Assembly: GCA_001805375.1 (NCBI GenBank) | Contig: MHFY01000022.1 | Location: 7,240 to 41,296, forward strand | DNA from: Omnitrophica WOR_2 bacterium GWA2_47_8 | GTDB taxonomy: Bacteria > Omnitrophota > Gorgyraeia > Zapsychrales > GWA2-47-8 | DNA: 34,057 bases | Reading direction: 5' to 3' | Shown: positions 15,544 to 24,474 of the stretch, one piece after another | Numbering within the stretch: position 1 is the stretch's first letter | Layout: each line of letters opens with the position of its first letter | The notes under the pieces: generated by a model | The model's database searches: none | Seen by the model: the letters and a program-made list of their open reading frames with translations, nothing else | What the model was told of the DNA's origin: nothing | Position numbers and translations under genes: made by a program

Positions 15544-16422
15544 ATGCTTTTAAAGGACATTTTAATAACGATGCGTCCAAATCAATGGACGAAGAATTTT
15601 TTGTTGTTCGCCGGGCTTATTTTTTCCGGAAAAATGACGAACTTGCCCGATGTTCTTGTTTCCGTGCAGGCCTTTATCGTATTTTGCCTGGGCTCATCGA
15701 GCATTTACATCCTCAATGATATTATCGACCGGGAAAATGATAGAGGGCATCCTCAAAAGAGGTTAAGGCCCATTGCTGCAGGCCAGATAACGGTCCCGGT
15801 AGCGTTGAGCCTGGCGGGCAGTTTATTGATCTTTTCGATCGTCCTGTCGATCCGATACCTTAACGTAGCCTTGATCGACACTTTTTTTACGTATCTTCTT
15901 TTAATGGCATGTTACATTTTTGTTTTAAGGCGGGTTGTTATCCTCGATCTTATAGTTGTGGCGGTAGGGTTTGTATTGCGGGCGATCGCGGGTGCGGTCG
16001 TTCTGAAAGTTGCCATCTCTCCATGGCTGATGATCTGTACTTTTTTTCTGGCGTTGTTAGTGTTGATGGGAAAGAGAAGGCATGAGATCCTTCTTTTGGG
16101 CAAAGAAGCCTATGCCCATAGATCCATCCTCAAAGAATATTCCTTGGGTTTCATCGATCAATTGATCGCGGTCGTGACCTCTTCAGCCGTCATCTCCTAT
16201 TCGCTATACACATTTTCCGAAGACACGGTTGCCAGGCTGGGGACCAATTTAATGCCTTTGACCATTCCGTTCGTTCTTTACGGGATCTTTCGATATCTCT
16301 ATCTGACGCATCAACAGAATCAGGGTGGAGCACCGGAAGAATTATTTGTTAATGACAAGGCCCTGTTGGTCAATGGCTTTTTATGGGTTGCCGCCGCTGT
16401 CGCAATATTATATTTTACTTGA
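15544..16422 (+). CDS. UbiA-family polyprenyl-phosphate phosphoribosyltransferase (Rv3806c/DPPR synthase-like)
   Basis: 'RPNQWTKNFLLFAG' and 'NDIIDRENDRGHPQKRLRPIAAG' match the signature I recall for mycobacterial Rv3806c (RPRQWVKN; NDVRDVEADREHPTKRFRPIAAG). It has about 8-9 TM helices. The ATG at 15544 follows 'aggag'. Confidence 0.75.
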   Translation: MLLKDILITMRPNQWTKNFLLFAGLIFSGKMTNLPDVLVSVQAFIVFCLGSSSIYILNDIIDRENDRGHPQKRLRPIAAGQITVPVALSLAGSLLIFSIVLSIRYLNVALIDTFFTYLLLMACYIFVLRRVVILDLIVVAVGFVLRAIAGAVVLKVAISPWLMICTFFLALLVLMGKRRHEILLLGKEAYAHRSILKEYSLGFIDQLIAVVTSSAVISYSLYTFSEDTVARLGTNLMPLTIPFVLYGIFRYLYLTHQQNQGGAPEELFVNDKALLVNGFLWVAAAVAILYFT

Positions 16423-16432
16423 AATTTTGGTT

Positions 16433-17065
16433 ATGAAAATGTGGGATGCCCTGAAGTATTATAAAACCCAGCCTCTCGCCGTCCGTCTATACATCGCTAT
16501 CCGCCCGGTTATCGTTGATTTTAACAGGATATTGGGCTTTTTTCCTGCAGATGCTAACTCCATTATGGAGTTGGCCTGCGGATATGGCATTACATCATTT
16601 GCAATGGCCAACCGATACAAAGGCACACCTATCCGCTCTTATGATATCGATGCGAAACGCATCGCCATTCTGAATTCGATCAATCCGTACCGTCACTTAA
16701 GTTTTCATCATGAGAACATCCTGGATATCCGGGAATTTACGTCCGATGTCATTTTTATGTCAGATCTTTTGCATCATCTGACCTATCCGCAGCAGGAGAA
16801 TTTGCTTAAGAGGATCCATGCCACGGCACCGAGCGGCGTAGTCCTGCTTATTAAAGATATGGATAAGGGGAGGTATTCCTTCAGGCAATTCTTAAATTAC
16901 ATGATCGATATTCTGCATACAGGGGAATTTCGATTTTCTTATCGTGCAAGGGATTCTTTTGTGGGGTTGTTTACATCCTGCGGATTTAAAGTCAAGAGAA
17001 CGGTTTATGTTAACAAATGGTTTATCCCATTAAATCACGTTTTTTTTATTCTGGGAAAAGAGTGA
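16433..17065 (+). CDS. Class I SAM-dependent methyltransferase
   Basis: Motif I is 'IMELACGYGITSF', with an acidic 'YDID' loop and motif 'VIFMSDLLHHL'. The start at 16433 is 10 nt after the UbiA stop; the track's 16325 start overlaps UbiA. Confidence 0.6.
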   Translation: MKMWDALKYYKTQPLAVRLYIAIRPVIVDFNRILGFFPADANSIMELACGYGITSFAMANRYKGTPIRSYDIDAKRIAILNSINPYRHLSFHHENILDIREFTSDVIFMSDLLHHLTYPQQENLLKRIHATAPSGVVLLIKDMDKGRYSFRQFLNYMIDILHTGEFRFSYRARDSFVGLFTSCGFKVKRTVYVNKWFIPLNHVFFILGKE

Positions 17066-18411
17066 GGATGACCATAAAAAGGATTGTTTGTTCCCGTTAG
17101 TTTCCTTGTAAGGGTTTTAATCGGGCTGGTCAATAAGTTGATGATCCCAATTGAAGCGAAGATGGTTAAGGGGGGCAGTAATTCGATCCGCATCCTGGGC
17201 CCGTCATAAAAGTAAATGAAAGAGATGATGAGGGAGTGGTTAAGAATATAAGCGAGGGGAAGAAAGAAAGGTTTGCAATATTTCCAGGAGTAGTACAGCC
17301 CCGGGATAAAGAATATTGAAAGAAGATGAAAGGTTGTTAGGGGGAATGGCAAATAAGAAAGGAAATCATAAAACACATAAGGACTTTCGGGATGAGCCCA
17401 AAGGTGTTTTTGTTTTAGTAAGATCAGATGGAGTTCTCTCGCAGGGTTTTTCCTGATCCAATCCAGCCCATATTGAAAATGTTTTTTTTGGCTGTCGATC
17501 TCATTGAGTCCTTTTAGTTCCTCCTCTTGCTGTGGTGTATAGCGTAAAGGTCCCTCGGGAATAAATCCGCCTTCAGAGTGGGGATGGTGGGCCATAAAAA
17601 AAATAAACCCACCGTTAGAGGAGACAAGTAAGAATTTTTTATGAAGGTTGTGGTTTCTAATGGTCCATGGAAGAACCGTCATGCAAAACGTAAACAGCAC
17701 GATCAGGAATGCTCGCAACACTCGCTTGAGATCCTTCCGGTTCTCAAGAAAAAACCATATGCCTACCCATGCCCAGAATAATATATTCGCAGGCCTTGTG
17801 AGGGTGGCGTGCCAAAGGATCACTGAGGCCAGGAAGAAAAGGATGTTAGTCTTTTGAGGGCTTGCTTGATCGGCCGAATAAAATAGATAAATTGAAAGGA
17901 TGATAAGAAGCGAACTGAATAGCTCTGTATAGAGGGCTTGAATAATTACAATGCTGTAATAATCAACTGCGTACAAAAATGCCGCTAGCAGCGCAATTTT
18001 TTCGCCGTGGGGCATGTCGCGGGTCAATTTTTTGGTCAAAAGAAACAAGATGAGGCAAATAGCTGTCCCAAGTAAACATTGCATGATTCTTGCCACAAAG
18101 ATGCTGTGACCAAAAAGCGCGTAGATGGCATATAGAAAAAAAGGATAACCGGGCGGCCTCCATGAGCTAGGGGTGTTGGGGTAGTATCCGAATCCTTCTT
18201 TGTTCAGAAGATTTGTGGCTATCTGATCATAGCGGACCCCGTCGTACCCGATATCGGCATGCAATGGTTCAATAAATATGACCCAGGAAATCCTAATGGC
18301 GAAGGCGAACCATAAAATAAAAAACAACGCTATTAGGGTCATTCCATTTTTGCTAAACTTAAAATGATCCCTGTCCAAGATGCGGTATTTTTTCAGGTTT
18401 GCAGTCGCCAT
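17035..18411 (-). CDS. GT-C glycosyltransferase, family 39 / ArnT-PMT_2-like
   Basis: This polytopic 458-aa protein has a first-loop 'DGVRYDQIATNLLNKEGFGY...RPPGYPFFLYAIYALFG', typical of the ArnT/PMT_2 family. Confidence 0.75.
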   Translation of the reverse strand: MATANLKKYRILDRDHFKFSKNGMTLIALFFILWFAFAIRISWVIFIEPLHADIGYDGVRYDQIATNLLNKEGFGYYPNTPSSWRPPGYPFFLYAIYALFGHSIFVARIMQCLLGTAICLILFLLTKKLTRDMPHGEKIALLAAFLYAVDYYSIVIIQALYTELFSSLLIILSIYLFYSADQASPQKTNILFFLASVILWHATLTRPANILFWAWVGIWFFLENRKDLKRVLRAFLIVLFTFCMTVLPWTIRNHNLHKKFLLVSSNGGFIFFMAHHPHSEGGFIPEGPLRYTPQQEEELKGLNEIDSQKKHFQYGLDWIRKNPARELHLILLKQKHLWAHPESPYVFYDFLSYLPFPLTTFHLLSIFFIPGLYYSWKYCKPFFLPLAYILNHSLIISFIYFYDGPRMRIELLPPLTIFASIGIINLLTSPIKTLTRKLTGTNNPFYGHPHSFPRIKKT

Positions 18412-18446
18412 ATTTTTTATTTTAACGGGTGGCCCGAATCCTTTTT

Positions 18447-19034
18447 ATGAAATTAGCGATTTTTGATTTTGATGGAACAATCACGGCCAAAGATAGCTTT
18501 ATTGAGTTTATTCTTTATGCGCAAGGCATCGCAAAGACGGCCTTCGGATTTTTTATTTTGTCCCCGGTATTATTGCTATATCATATCAGGCTGATTCCTA
18601 ATTTTAAAGCAAAGCAGATAGTTTTTAATTATTTCTTCGGAGGGTGGGAAGAAAAGAGATTTAAGTCGATATCGGAATCCTTTGCGCAGGATAGATTGCC
18701 GGGATTGATCAGGAAAAGTGCTTTTGAGAAGATCAAATGGCACAAGGAGAATGGCCATGAACTTGTTGTCGTCTCAGCCTCGTTAAACTGCTATCTTGAC
18801 CCCTGGTGTGAGAGTTATCAGCTCGTTCTTATTGCTACGGGAGTTGAATACAAAAACAATAAGGTGACCGGCAGATTTTCAACGAAAAATTGTTATGGCA
18901 AGGAAAAGGTCAGCCGATTATTGGAATTTTACAATTTAGAGAAGTTCGAATATATTTATGCTTACGGGGACAGCGAGGGGGATGAGGAGATCCTCAGGCT
19001 TGCCAACAATGCCAGTAAGGGGGAATTCCGGTAA
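18447..19034 (+). CDS. HAD-IB family hydrolase/phosphatase
   Basis: Motifs are 'LAIFDFDGTIT', 'VVSAS' and 'YGDSEGDEEIL'. A hydrophobic cap insert is present. The first ATG is at 18447; the track's 18429 start is non-ATG. Confidence 0.75.
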   Translation: MKLAIFDFDGTITAKDSFIEFILYAQGIAKTAFGFFILSPVLLLYHIRLIPNFKAKQIVFNYFFGGWEEKRFKSISESFAQDRLPGLIRKSAFEKIKWHKENGHELVVVSASLNCYLDPWCESYQLVLIATGVEYKNNKVTGRFSTKNCYGKEKVSRLLEFYNLEKFEYIYAYGDSEGDEEILRLANNASKGEFR

Positions 19035-19081
19035 CACAAAAATATATCTCCAGGAATGGTCCCGCCGAGAATTACCTCGTT

Positions 19082-20479
19082 TTATTTAAGCAGGGACGGT
19101 TTATAATTCAAAAGACAGATCAGCCAGGTGGCGAGTGGGAAGAAGTGTAAGAATAGTCGAGGCAACACATCAGCAGCAGCCGGTCCCGCCAGCCAAGCAT
19201 ATTCACTCGTTAAAAGCGCCGCCAAGAAGTAGAGCCCAAAGAACATGAAAAGCGATAGGGATAGAAGCCTCGTTTCCGGAGATTTTTCCTTGCCCCATGA
19301 GCTAATATAACTTAATAAAAGTAGAAACCAAATAATATTCCAGTCGGAGTTGGGAAATGTGTAGATCAGAAAAGTTTTGGCGATGATGAGGGGGCGATGA
19401 AAAACATCTATATTGAAGGCGATAAAATGCTTTCCCAATGGGGCCTGAAAGATGGCCTTCACAATATAAAAACCAGCGGTGAGAACGAAGCTTGGGCCGG
19501 AAAATAAAAAAAAGCTTTTTACTTTTTGGTTTAAGGATAAATCCTTTTGATCCATAAGAATTTTTACAAGCAGGGCAATGTGAATGAGCCAGTAGGCTGT
19601 GCCTTCGAATTTTACAAAAGTCGCAAATCCGCTGAATAAGCCAGCTAGGATCAATAATCGATAACCAGGCTCCCTCTGCCATAAAATCAAAAGGATCAGC
19701 GCAGTGCAATTGTAGTAAAGAAGCGGGAAGTCCGCGTAGCAAATGCCGGCCATGTTAAATAAAAATGAAGATGAGATGAGGAGGATAACACCCGTCAATG
19801 ACCAAAGATCATCAGTCAATGTCCGTAAGAAATAGTGCTGTATAACGAGATAAGAAAGAAAAGTGAAGGGCAGAAATGATTGAAGAAGGTGGTCCTGCCA
19901 GGAACCGATATTAAAGGCGAAGTAGGCTAAGGTAAACGGAAGGTGCAGGGGGTAAGAAAAATGAGGCGCATTTATTATATCTTTTAAAGAGGGATGGAAG
20001 AAAAATACTTTAGCTTTTAGAGCGATCCAGGAAAATGTATCGAAGCCGGTAAAGGGGATCGCCCAAACTTTCCAAAAAATAAGCAAGGCGTAGTAGATTA
20101 TTATAATGGTAAGCAGAAACTTAAAAATCGTTAACGCGGGCTTTGACCTACAAAGAGTTTTTAAGGTTTGTTCGTCCATTGGAGCGGTCTTCAGGTTTTG
20201 CGGCTGTGTTCTTCGTGTTTGATATGCATTAAAGAACGAAACACAAATCGTGAGGCCAAGCAGGGGAAGATCGAGGGTTTCTTTGCTGTATGGAATTTTC
20301 AGTATCCCGAGGAGGAGCATATATTGAGTTAGCACGCCGAACCCCAGCCCATAGGATAAGGCGACTTTGGGCCAAAATGGAAAGGTCCTGTCGGGGAACA
20401 AAAGGGACAGGAAGGCGAAACCCATCAGCCAAGGAATGGATAGGCTCAATATAATATTAAGGGCGTTTTCCAGGATCAT
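19082..20479 (-). CDS. Polytopic membrane protein, possible second GT-C-type transferase
   Basis: The 465-aa protein has about 12 hydrophobic segments and an acidic/aromatic first-loop region 'IPFTGFDTFSW'. Its architecture resembles ArnT-like enzymes, but I cannot name a family signature. Confidence 0.45.
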   Translation of the reverse strand: MILENALNIILSLSIPWLMGFAFLSLLFPDRTFPFWPKVALSYGLGFGVLTQYMLLLGILKIPYSKETLDLPLLGLTICVSFFNAYQTRRTQPQNLKTAPMDEQTLKTLCRSKPALTIFKFLLTIIIIYYALLIFWKVWAIPFTGFDTFSWIALKAKVFFFHPSLKDIINAPHFSYPLHLPFTLAYFAFNIGSWQDHLLQSFLPFTFLSYLVIQHYFLRTLTDDLWSLTGVILLISSSFLFNMAGICYADFPLLYYNCTALILLILWQREPGYRLLILAGLFSGFATFVKFEGTAYWLIHIALLVKILMDQKDLSLNQKVKSFFLFSGPSFVLTAGFYIVKAIFQAPLGKHFIAFNIDVFHRPLIIAKTFLIYTFPNSDWNIIWFLLLLSYISSWGKEKSPETRLLSLSLFMFFGLYFLAALLTSEYAWLAGPAAADVLPRLFLHFFPLATWLICLLNYKPSLLK

Positions 20480-21161
20480 TCATGTTCTTTCTTACCGCAA
20501 GGGCGCAGAATTCGTTGAATTGTCCGACAATTCGAAAATCCTCCGGCACGGCCAGCAAGGGGTTTTTCTTGTAAAAAATGACCAGATAATCTATGGGGCT
20601 GGTTTGGTCTATGCGGATATCCAATTCAGGGTATAAGTAATACGCAAGGATGCGATGATGATACATGGGGGAGGATGCCGATATGTCTAAATCTGTCAAG
20701 AAAAGGGCCCTGTGCTCTCCCTGCGTCAATCCTTTGCAAAAGTTTGCGAATAAGAAGGTGTCCTCATAAAGAAAGACCTTTTTCTCGTAAGGGTCCTTAT
20801 GTGCTAAAATTTCGTAAGCTTTTATAAATTTTCGGTTTGAATACATGGCCCGTATCGGCAAGTACATAAAAAATGTAATAAATGCTATCATGAGTATGGC
20901 CCGGTTGAGCGGCATTTTAATTGGTGGGAAATCGCTTTTAATTAGGATGAATTTAAGCACGATAACGCATAGAAGCGAGTTGAGTATACCCTGTCCTAAA
21001 AAGAAATAATCTTGAGCCTTATAATTTGTAAATAAAGTGCGCGGATCAAAGGGCATCATGATGGCAAGAAGACTGAAGCACACCAGGGTGATAGAGGTAA
21101 GAAAAAGGATGTTAGAAATATTGTAGTTTTCGTCTTTCATGGGGGGCGGATGTATGAACAT
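20457..21161 (-). CDS. Membrane protein with C-terminal soluble domain, unknown function
   Basis: The 234-aa protein has three N-terminal hydrophobic helices followed by a ~120-aa hydrophilic domain. Its 3' end overlaps the start of the downstream membrane protein by 23 nt. Confidence 0.4.
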   Translation of the reverse strand: MFIHPPPMKDENYNISNILFLTSITLVCFSLLAIMMPFDPRTLFTNYKAQDYFFLGQGILNSLLCVIVLKFILIKSDFPPIKMPLNRAILMIAFITFFMYLPIRAMYSNRKFIKAYEILAHKDPYEKKVFLYEDTFLFANFCKGLTQGEHRALFLTDLDISASSPMYHHRILAYYLYPELDIRIDQTSPIDYLVIFYKKNPLLAVPEDFRIVGQFNEFCALAVRKNMNDPGKRP

Positions 21162-21219
21162 TTTACCTGAATTTTAGTCAGGGTCAATTGCCCACTTATT
21201 AAATAGAGTTTTAGAAGTA

Positions 21220-24200
21220 TTGACAGATCTTTTGAGGGATCCCGTATTTAAAGAAGGTAATCTTCAGTTTTTTATGCCTAAAGTCATCCAGCAGGCCGAA
21301 AATTTTAAGCCCGTCAACTCCTCCCAGGGGAAATCTTTTGATTTCCCTGAGATCCGCGTTGTTGAAGCCTCCGCCGGAAGCGGGAAGACGTATGCCCTCG
21401 CGAAACGCTATGTTCAGCTTCTCTTGAATTTCTCTTCCGAATCACAAGAAGTCTCCATGAAGGAGATCCTCGCCATTACCTTTACCAACAAGGCCTCTCT
21501 TGAAATGAAGCTCAGAATTTTGGAATTCCTAAAGAAGATCGCCTTGGGGACTTTAAGCGAAACAGAACTGCAGAATATGCTAGGGCCTTTAGGGATGAGC
21601 CGGCAGGCCGCCAGCCAAAAGGCCTTTCGGCTGATGGATTTTCTGATCCAAAACTATAATTTCTTTCAGGTCCAGACGATCGACAAATTTATCAATACCT
21701 TATTGACCGGATGCGCCTTTAAATTAGGCTTCACGGCCAATTTTCAGATCAAGACCAATTCTATCGACTATCTTCAGGAAAGCTTAGACCAGCTGATCGA
21801 TTCCGCCGCCCAAAACATCAAGCTTAAAGATATCTTCGAAGAATTCCTTCACCATTATTTATATCTGGAGAACCGTTCCAACTGGTTTGCCAAGGATGAC
21901 ATGCTGGATATTTTAAAGACGCTTTTCGCGCAATATAACTGCTATGGTTTTTCTTTTAAGGCCAGTGACGTAAAGCCGTCGGATATCATCAAGAGAAAGC
22001 GGCTGATCCTGGACAAGATGAAAAAGTTGCGAGACATATTGCCGGAGACGACAGACAAACGTTTTGTGAAGAGCCTGGAGAAATTTTTAAGTGAGCATAA
22101 GAACAGTTTTGATATCGGGGAAGTTTCAACATACTTTCTGCGGGAAGCCCCGCCGGTCAAAGAAAATGAAAAGGGCTTATCTCACATAGAAAAACTATGG
22201 GAGCAGATCCGGCGGGAATTAAAAGGGGTGTGTGAAGATGAGGCGTTCTCGATGTTTAACCCGTATATTCAGGCGTTCAGAGAAATGCTCATCGTCCTGC
22301 ATGCTCTGGCGGTGAAAGAGGATGTCATTTTTCTGGAAGAGCTCAATAAAAGAGCGCGAAAACTTTTCGAAGGCGGGTTCGTGACGGTCCAGGAGCTTTA
22401 TTACCGCCTCGCGACACGGATACGCCATTACCTGGTGGATGAATTTCAAGACACCAGCCGCCTGCAATGGGAAAATTTAAAAGAATTGGTGGAAGAGGCG
22501 GTCTCTTCCGGCGGATCGTTGTTTTACGTCGGGGACCAGAAGCAGGCGATCTACGGCTTTAGAGGCGGCGAGACCGGGCTTTTTGAGGAGGTCAAAGAAA
22601 AGTTTAAGACCTCTCCCGTAAGGATCGAGAGCCTGGCCAATAATTGGCGCAGTCAAAAAGCCGTTGTCGAGTTTAATAACCGTATTTTTTCTTCCGGGAA
22701 CTTGACGAAATTCCTCATCCAAAAGAGCATTCAGGAAGATGAAGCCAAGAAGAAAGACGCCGTCAGTTTTACGGACGAAGATACCGCGCGATTGGAAAAT
22801 ATCTTTAAGGGCGCGCAGCAAACCTATGAACCCGCCAATGACAAAGGACATGTCCACTTCGAATATGTTGATACGGATAAAAAAGAAGACCGCGATTGTC
22901 TGGTCCGGGAAAAGTTACTGAGCCTACTGAAGAATTTAAAGGAGCGGTTTGATCATGATGATATCGCGATCTTGACGCGGGGCAACCAGGAGATCGAGAC
23001 ATTGACCGGCTGGCTGTTGCAGGAAGGGATCCAGGTCGAATCGGAACGGACGCTTAATATAAAGGCAAACTTGTTGGTCATTGAGGTCATTTCTCTTTTA
23101 AAATTTTTGAACTCACCGATCGATAATGTGAGCTTTGCTTTATTTCTCCTGGGAGACATCTTTCATAAGGCGGTGGGGATCGGCCGGCAGGAATTGCATG
23201 ATTTTATTTTCGGTCTGCGCAGCCGGCTTTTATCGGAGAAGGACGTGTATGTTTACGCGGAATTCCGCCGGCGGTACCCGAAGGTTTGGGAAGGATTTTT
23301 AGAAGGATTTTTTAAGAACGTCGGATTGTATCCTTTGTATGAGCTGGTGGTGAGCATTTACCACCGTTTTCAATGCCTGGATAATTTTCCGGAAAACCAG
23401 GGATTTTTTATGCATTTTCTGGAACTCTTGAAGTCCAAGGAAGAAGAATGCAGCGATCTGGCCGCCTTTCTCGATTATTTTGAGAAAAGGGAAGGTGAAG
23501 AATTTTATGTGCCGGGCGCGGATACCGAAGCGGTGAAGATCTTGACCATCCATAAGGCCAAGGGGCTGGAATTTCCGGTCGTGATCTTGCCGTTCTTGGG
23601 CATGGATGTCCAGCCCGGCAACTCATCGGAGAACAAACAGTCGTATATCTTTGAGCCCGCGAGCGGCCAGGATGTGCATCTGCTGCGGGTCAAAAAAGAA
23701 TATTCGCTCTTTTCGCAGGACCTTTTTCAGATCTATAAGCGGGAATACAAGAAGGCCTTTATCTCGGAATTGAACAATGTTTATGTCGCCCTAACGCGGG
23801 CCAAATTCGAGATGTACGGGTTTATCCCTAAAAAGGTGGGGGGCAGTTTTAATCTGGCGCAGCTTTTGATCCCGCAGGATCTTTGCCGGATAGGGGAGCC
23901 CGCGGTTTACCCAAAGGCGAAAGCAAAACGGCAGGCCTTCCAAAAACTTCCTTTAAGCGATTATCACGATTGGCTCAACTATTTAAAAGAAGAATTTATC
24001 GACCAGGATGAGCTTAAATACGGGAAGGAAAAATTGACCGGAGAGGTCATGCATTACGCGCTGTCTCTTGTGAAAAATCTGGATAAAGACGATAAAAAGA
24101 AGGTCTTTAAGGATATGGAAAAGAATATTACGGCGGAATTCCCGTATCTGGAAGGCCCGGATGAATATGTTCAAAAGGCCAAACAGCTGATCGATGCCAA

Positions 24201-24474
24201 GGAGCTGAAGGAATTTTTTTATCTTAAGGACGCGGATGTCTTGACAGAGTGTGACGTGGTCAGCTCTTACGGCCACGGCAAAAGGATCGATCGTTTGATC
24301 ATTAAAGAAAAGGATATTTGGATCGTGGATTATAAATCCTCGCAGGATGCGTTGGGCCGGCAGGAAGAACAGGTCAGGGAATATATTTCGATCATAAAAG
24401 AACTGTACCCCAAGAAAAAAGTGAGCGGGTTTTTGATCTATTTGGATAAACTCACGGCACAGGCGGTCAAATGA
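21220..24474 (+). CDS. addA: UvrD/Rep-type helicase-nuclease, AddA-like
   Basis: Motifs are Walker A 'ASAGSGKTY', 'LVDEFQDTS', 'GDQKQAIYGFRG' and 'TIHKAKGLEFPVV'. The C-terminal PD-(D/E)XK motif is 'IDRLII...IWIVDYKS'. The track start at 21220 is TTG (and reads TTGACA); the first ATG is at 21274. Confidence 0.8.
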   Translation: MTDLLRDPVFKEGNLQFFMPKVIQQAENFKPVNSSQGKSFDFPEIRVVEASAGSGKTYALAKRYVQLLLNFSSESQEVSMKEILAITFTNKASLEMKLRILEFLKKIALGTLSETELQNMLGPLGMSRQAASQKAFRLMDFLIQNYNFFQVQTIDKFINTLLTGCAFKLGFTANFQIKTNSIDYLQESLDQLIDSAAQNIKLKDIFEEFLHHYLYLENRSNWFAKDDMLDILKTLFAQYNCYGFSFKASDVKPSDIIKRKRLILDKMKKLRDILPETTDKRFVKSLEKFLSEHKNSFDIGEVSTYFLREAPPVKENEKGLSHIEKLWEQIRRELKGVCEDEAFSMFNPYIQAFREMLIVLHALAVKEDVIFLEELNKRARKLFEGGFVTVQELYYRLATRIRHYLVDEFQDTSRLQWENLKELVEEAVSSGGSLFYVGDQKQAIYGFRGGETGLFEEVKEKFKTSPVRIESLANNWRSQKAVVEFNNRIFSSGNLTKFLIQKSIQEDEAKKKDAVSFTDEDTARLENIFKGAQQTYEPANDKGHVHFEYVDTDKKEDRDCLVREKLLSLLKNLKERFDHDDIAILTRGNQEIETLTGWLLQEGIQVESERTLNIKANLLVIEVISLLKFLNSPIDNVSFALFLLGDIFHKAVGIGRQELHDFIFGLRSRLLSEKDVYVYAEFRRRYPKVWEGFLEGFFKNVGLYPLYELVVSIYHRFQCLDNFPENQGFFMHFLELLKSKEEECSDLAAFLDYFEKREGEEFYVPGADTEAVKILTIHKAKGLEFPVVILPFLGMDVQPGNSSENKQSYIFEPASGQDVHLLRVKKEYSLFSQDLFQIYKREYKKAFISELNNVYVALTRAKFEMYGFIPKKVGGSFNLAQLLIPQDLCRIGEPAVYPKAKAKRQAFQKLPLSDYHDWLNYLKEEFIDQDELKYGKEKLTGEVMHYALSLVKNLDKDDKKKVFKDMEKNITAEFPYLEGPDEYVQKAKQLIDAKELKEFFYLKDADVLTECDVVSSYGHGKRIDRLIIKEKDIWIVDYKSSQDALGRQEEQVREYISIIKELYPKKKVSGFLIYLDKLTAQAVK

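Noticed and set aside
19302-19742. 146-aa alternative-frame minus-strand ORF inside the 19082..20479 gene
   Set aside because: It is an overlapping frame within a longer coherent membrane-protein ORF. Its composition is hydrophilic, Arg/Ser-rich junk.
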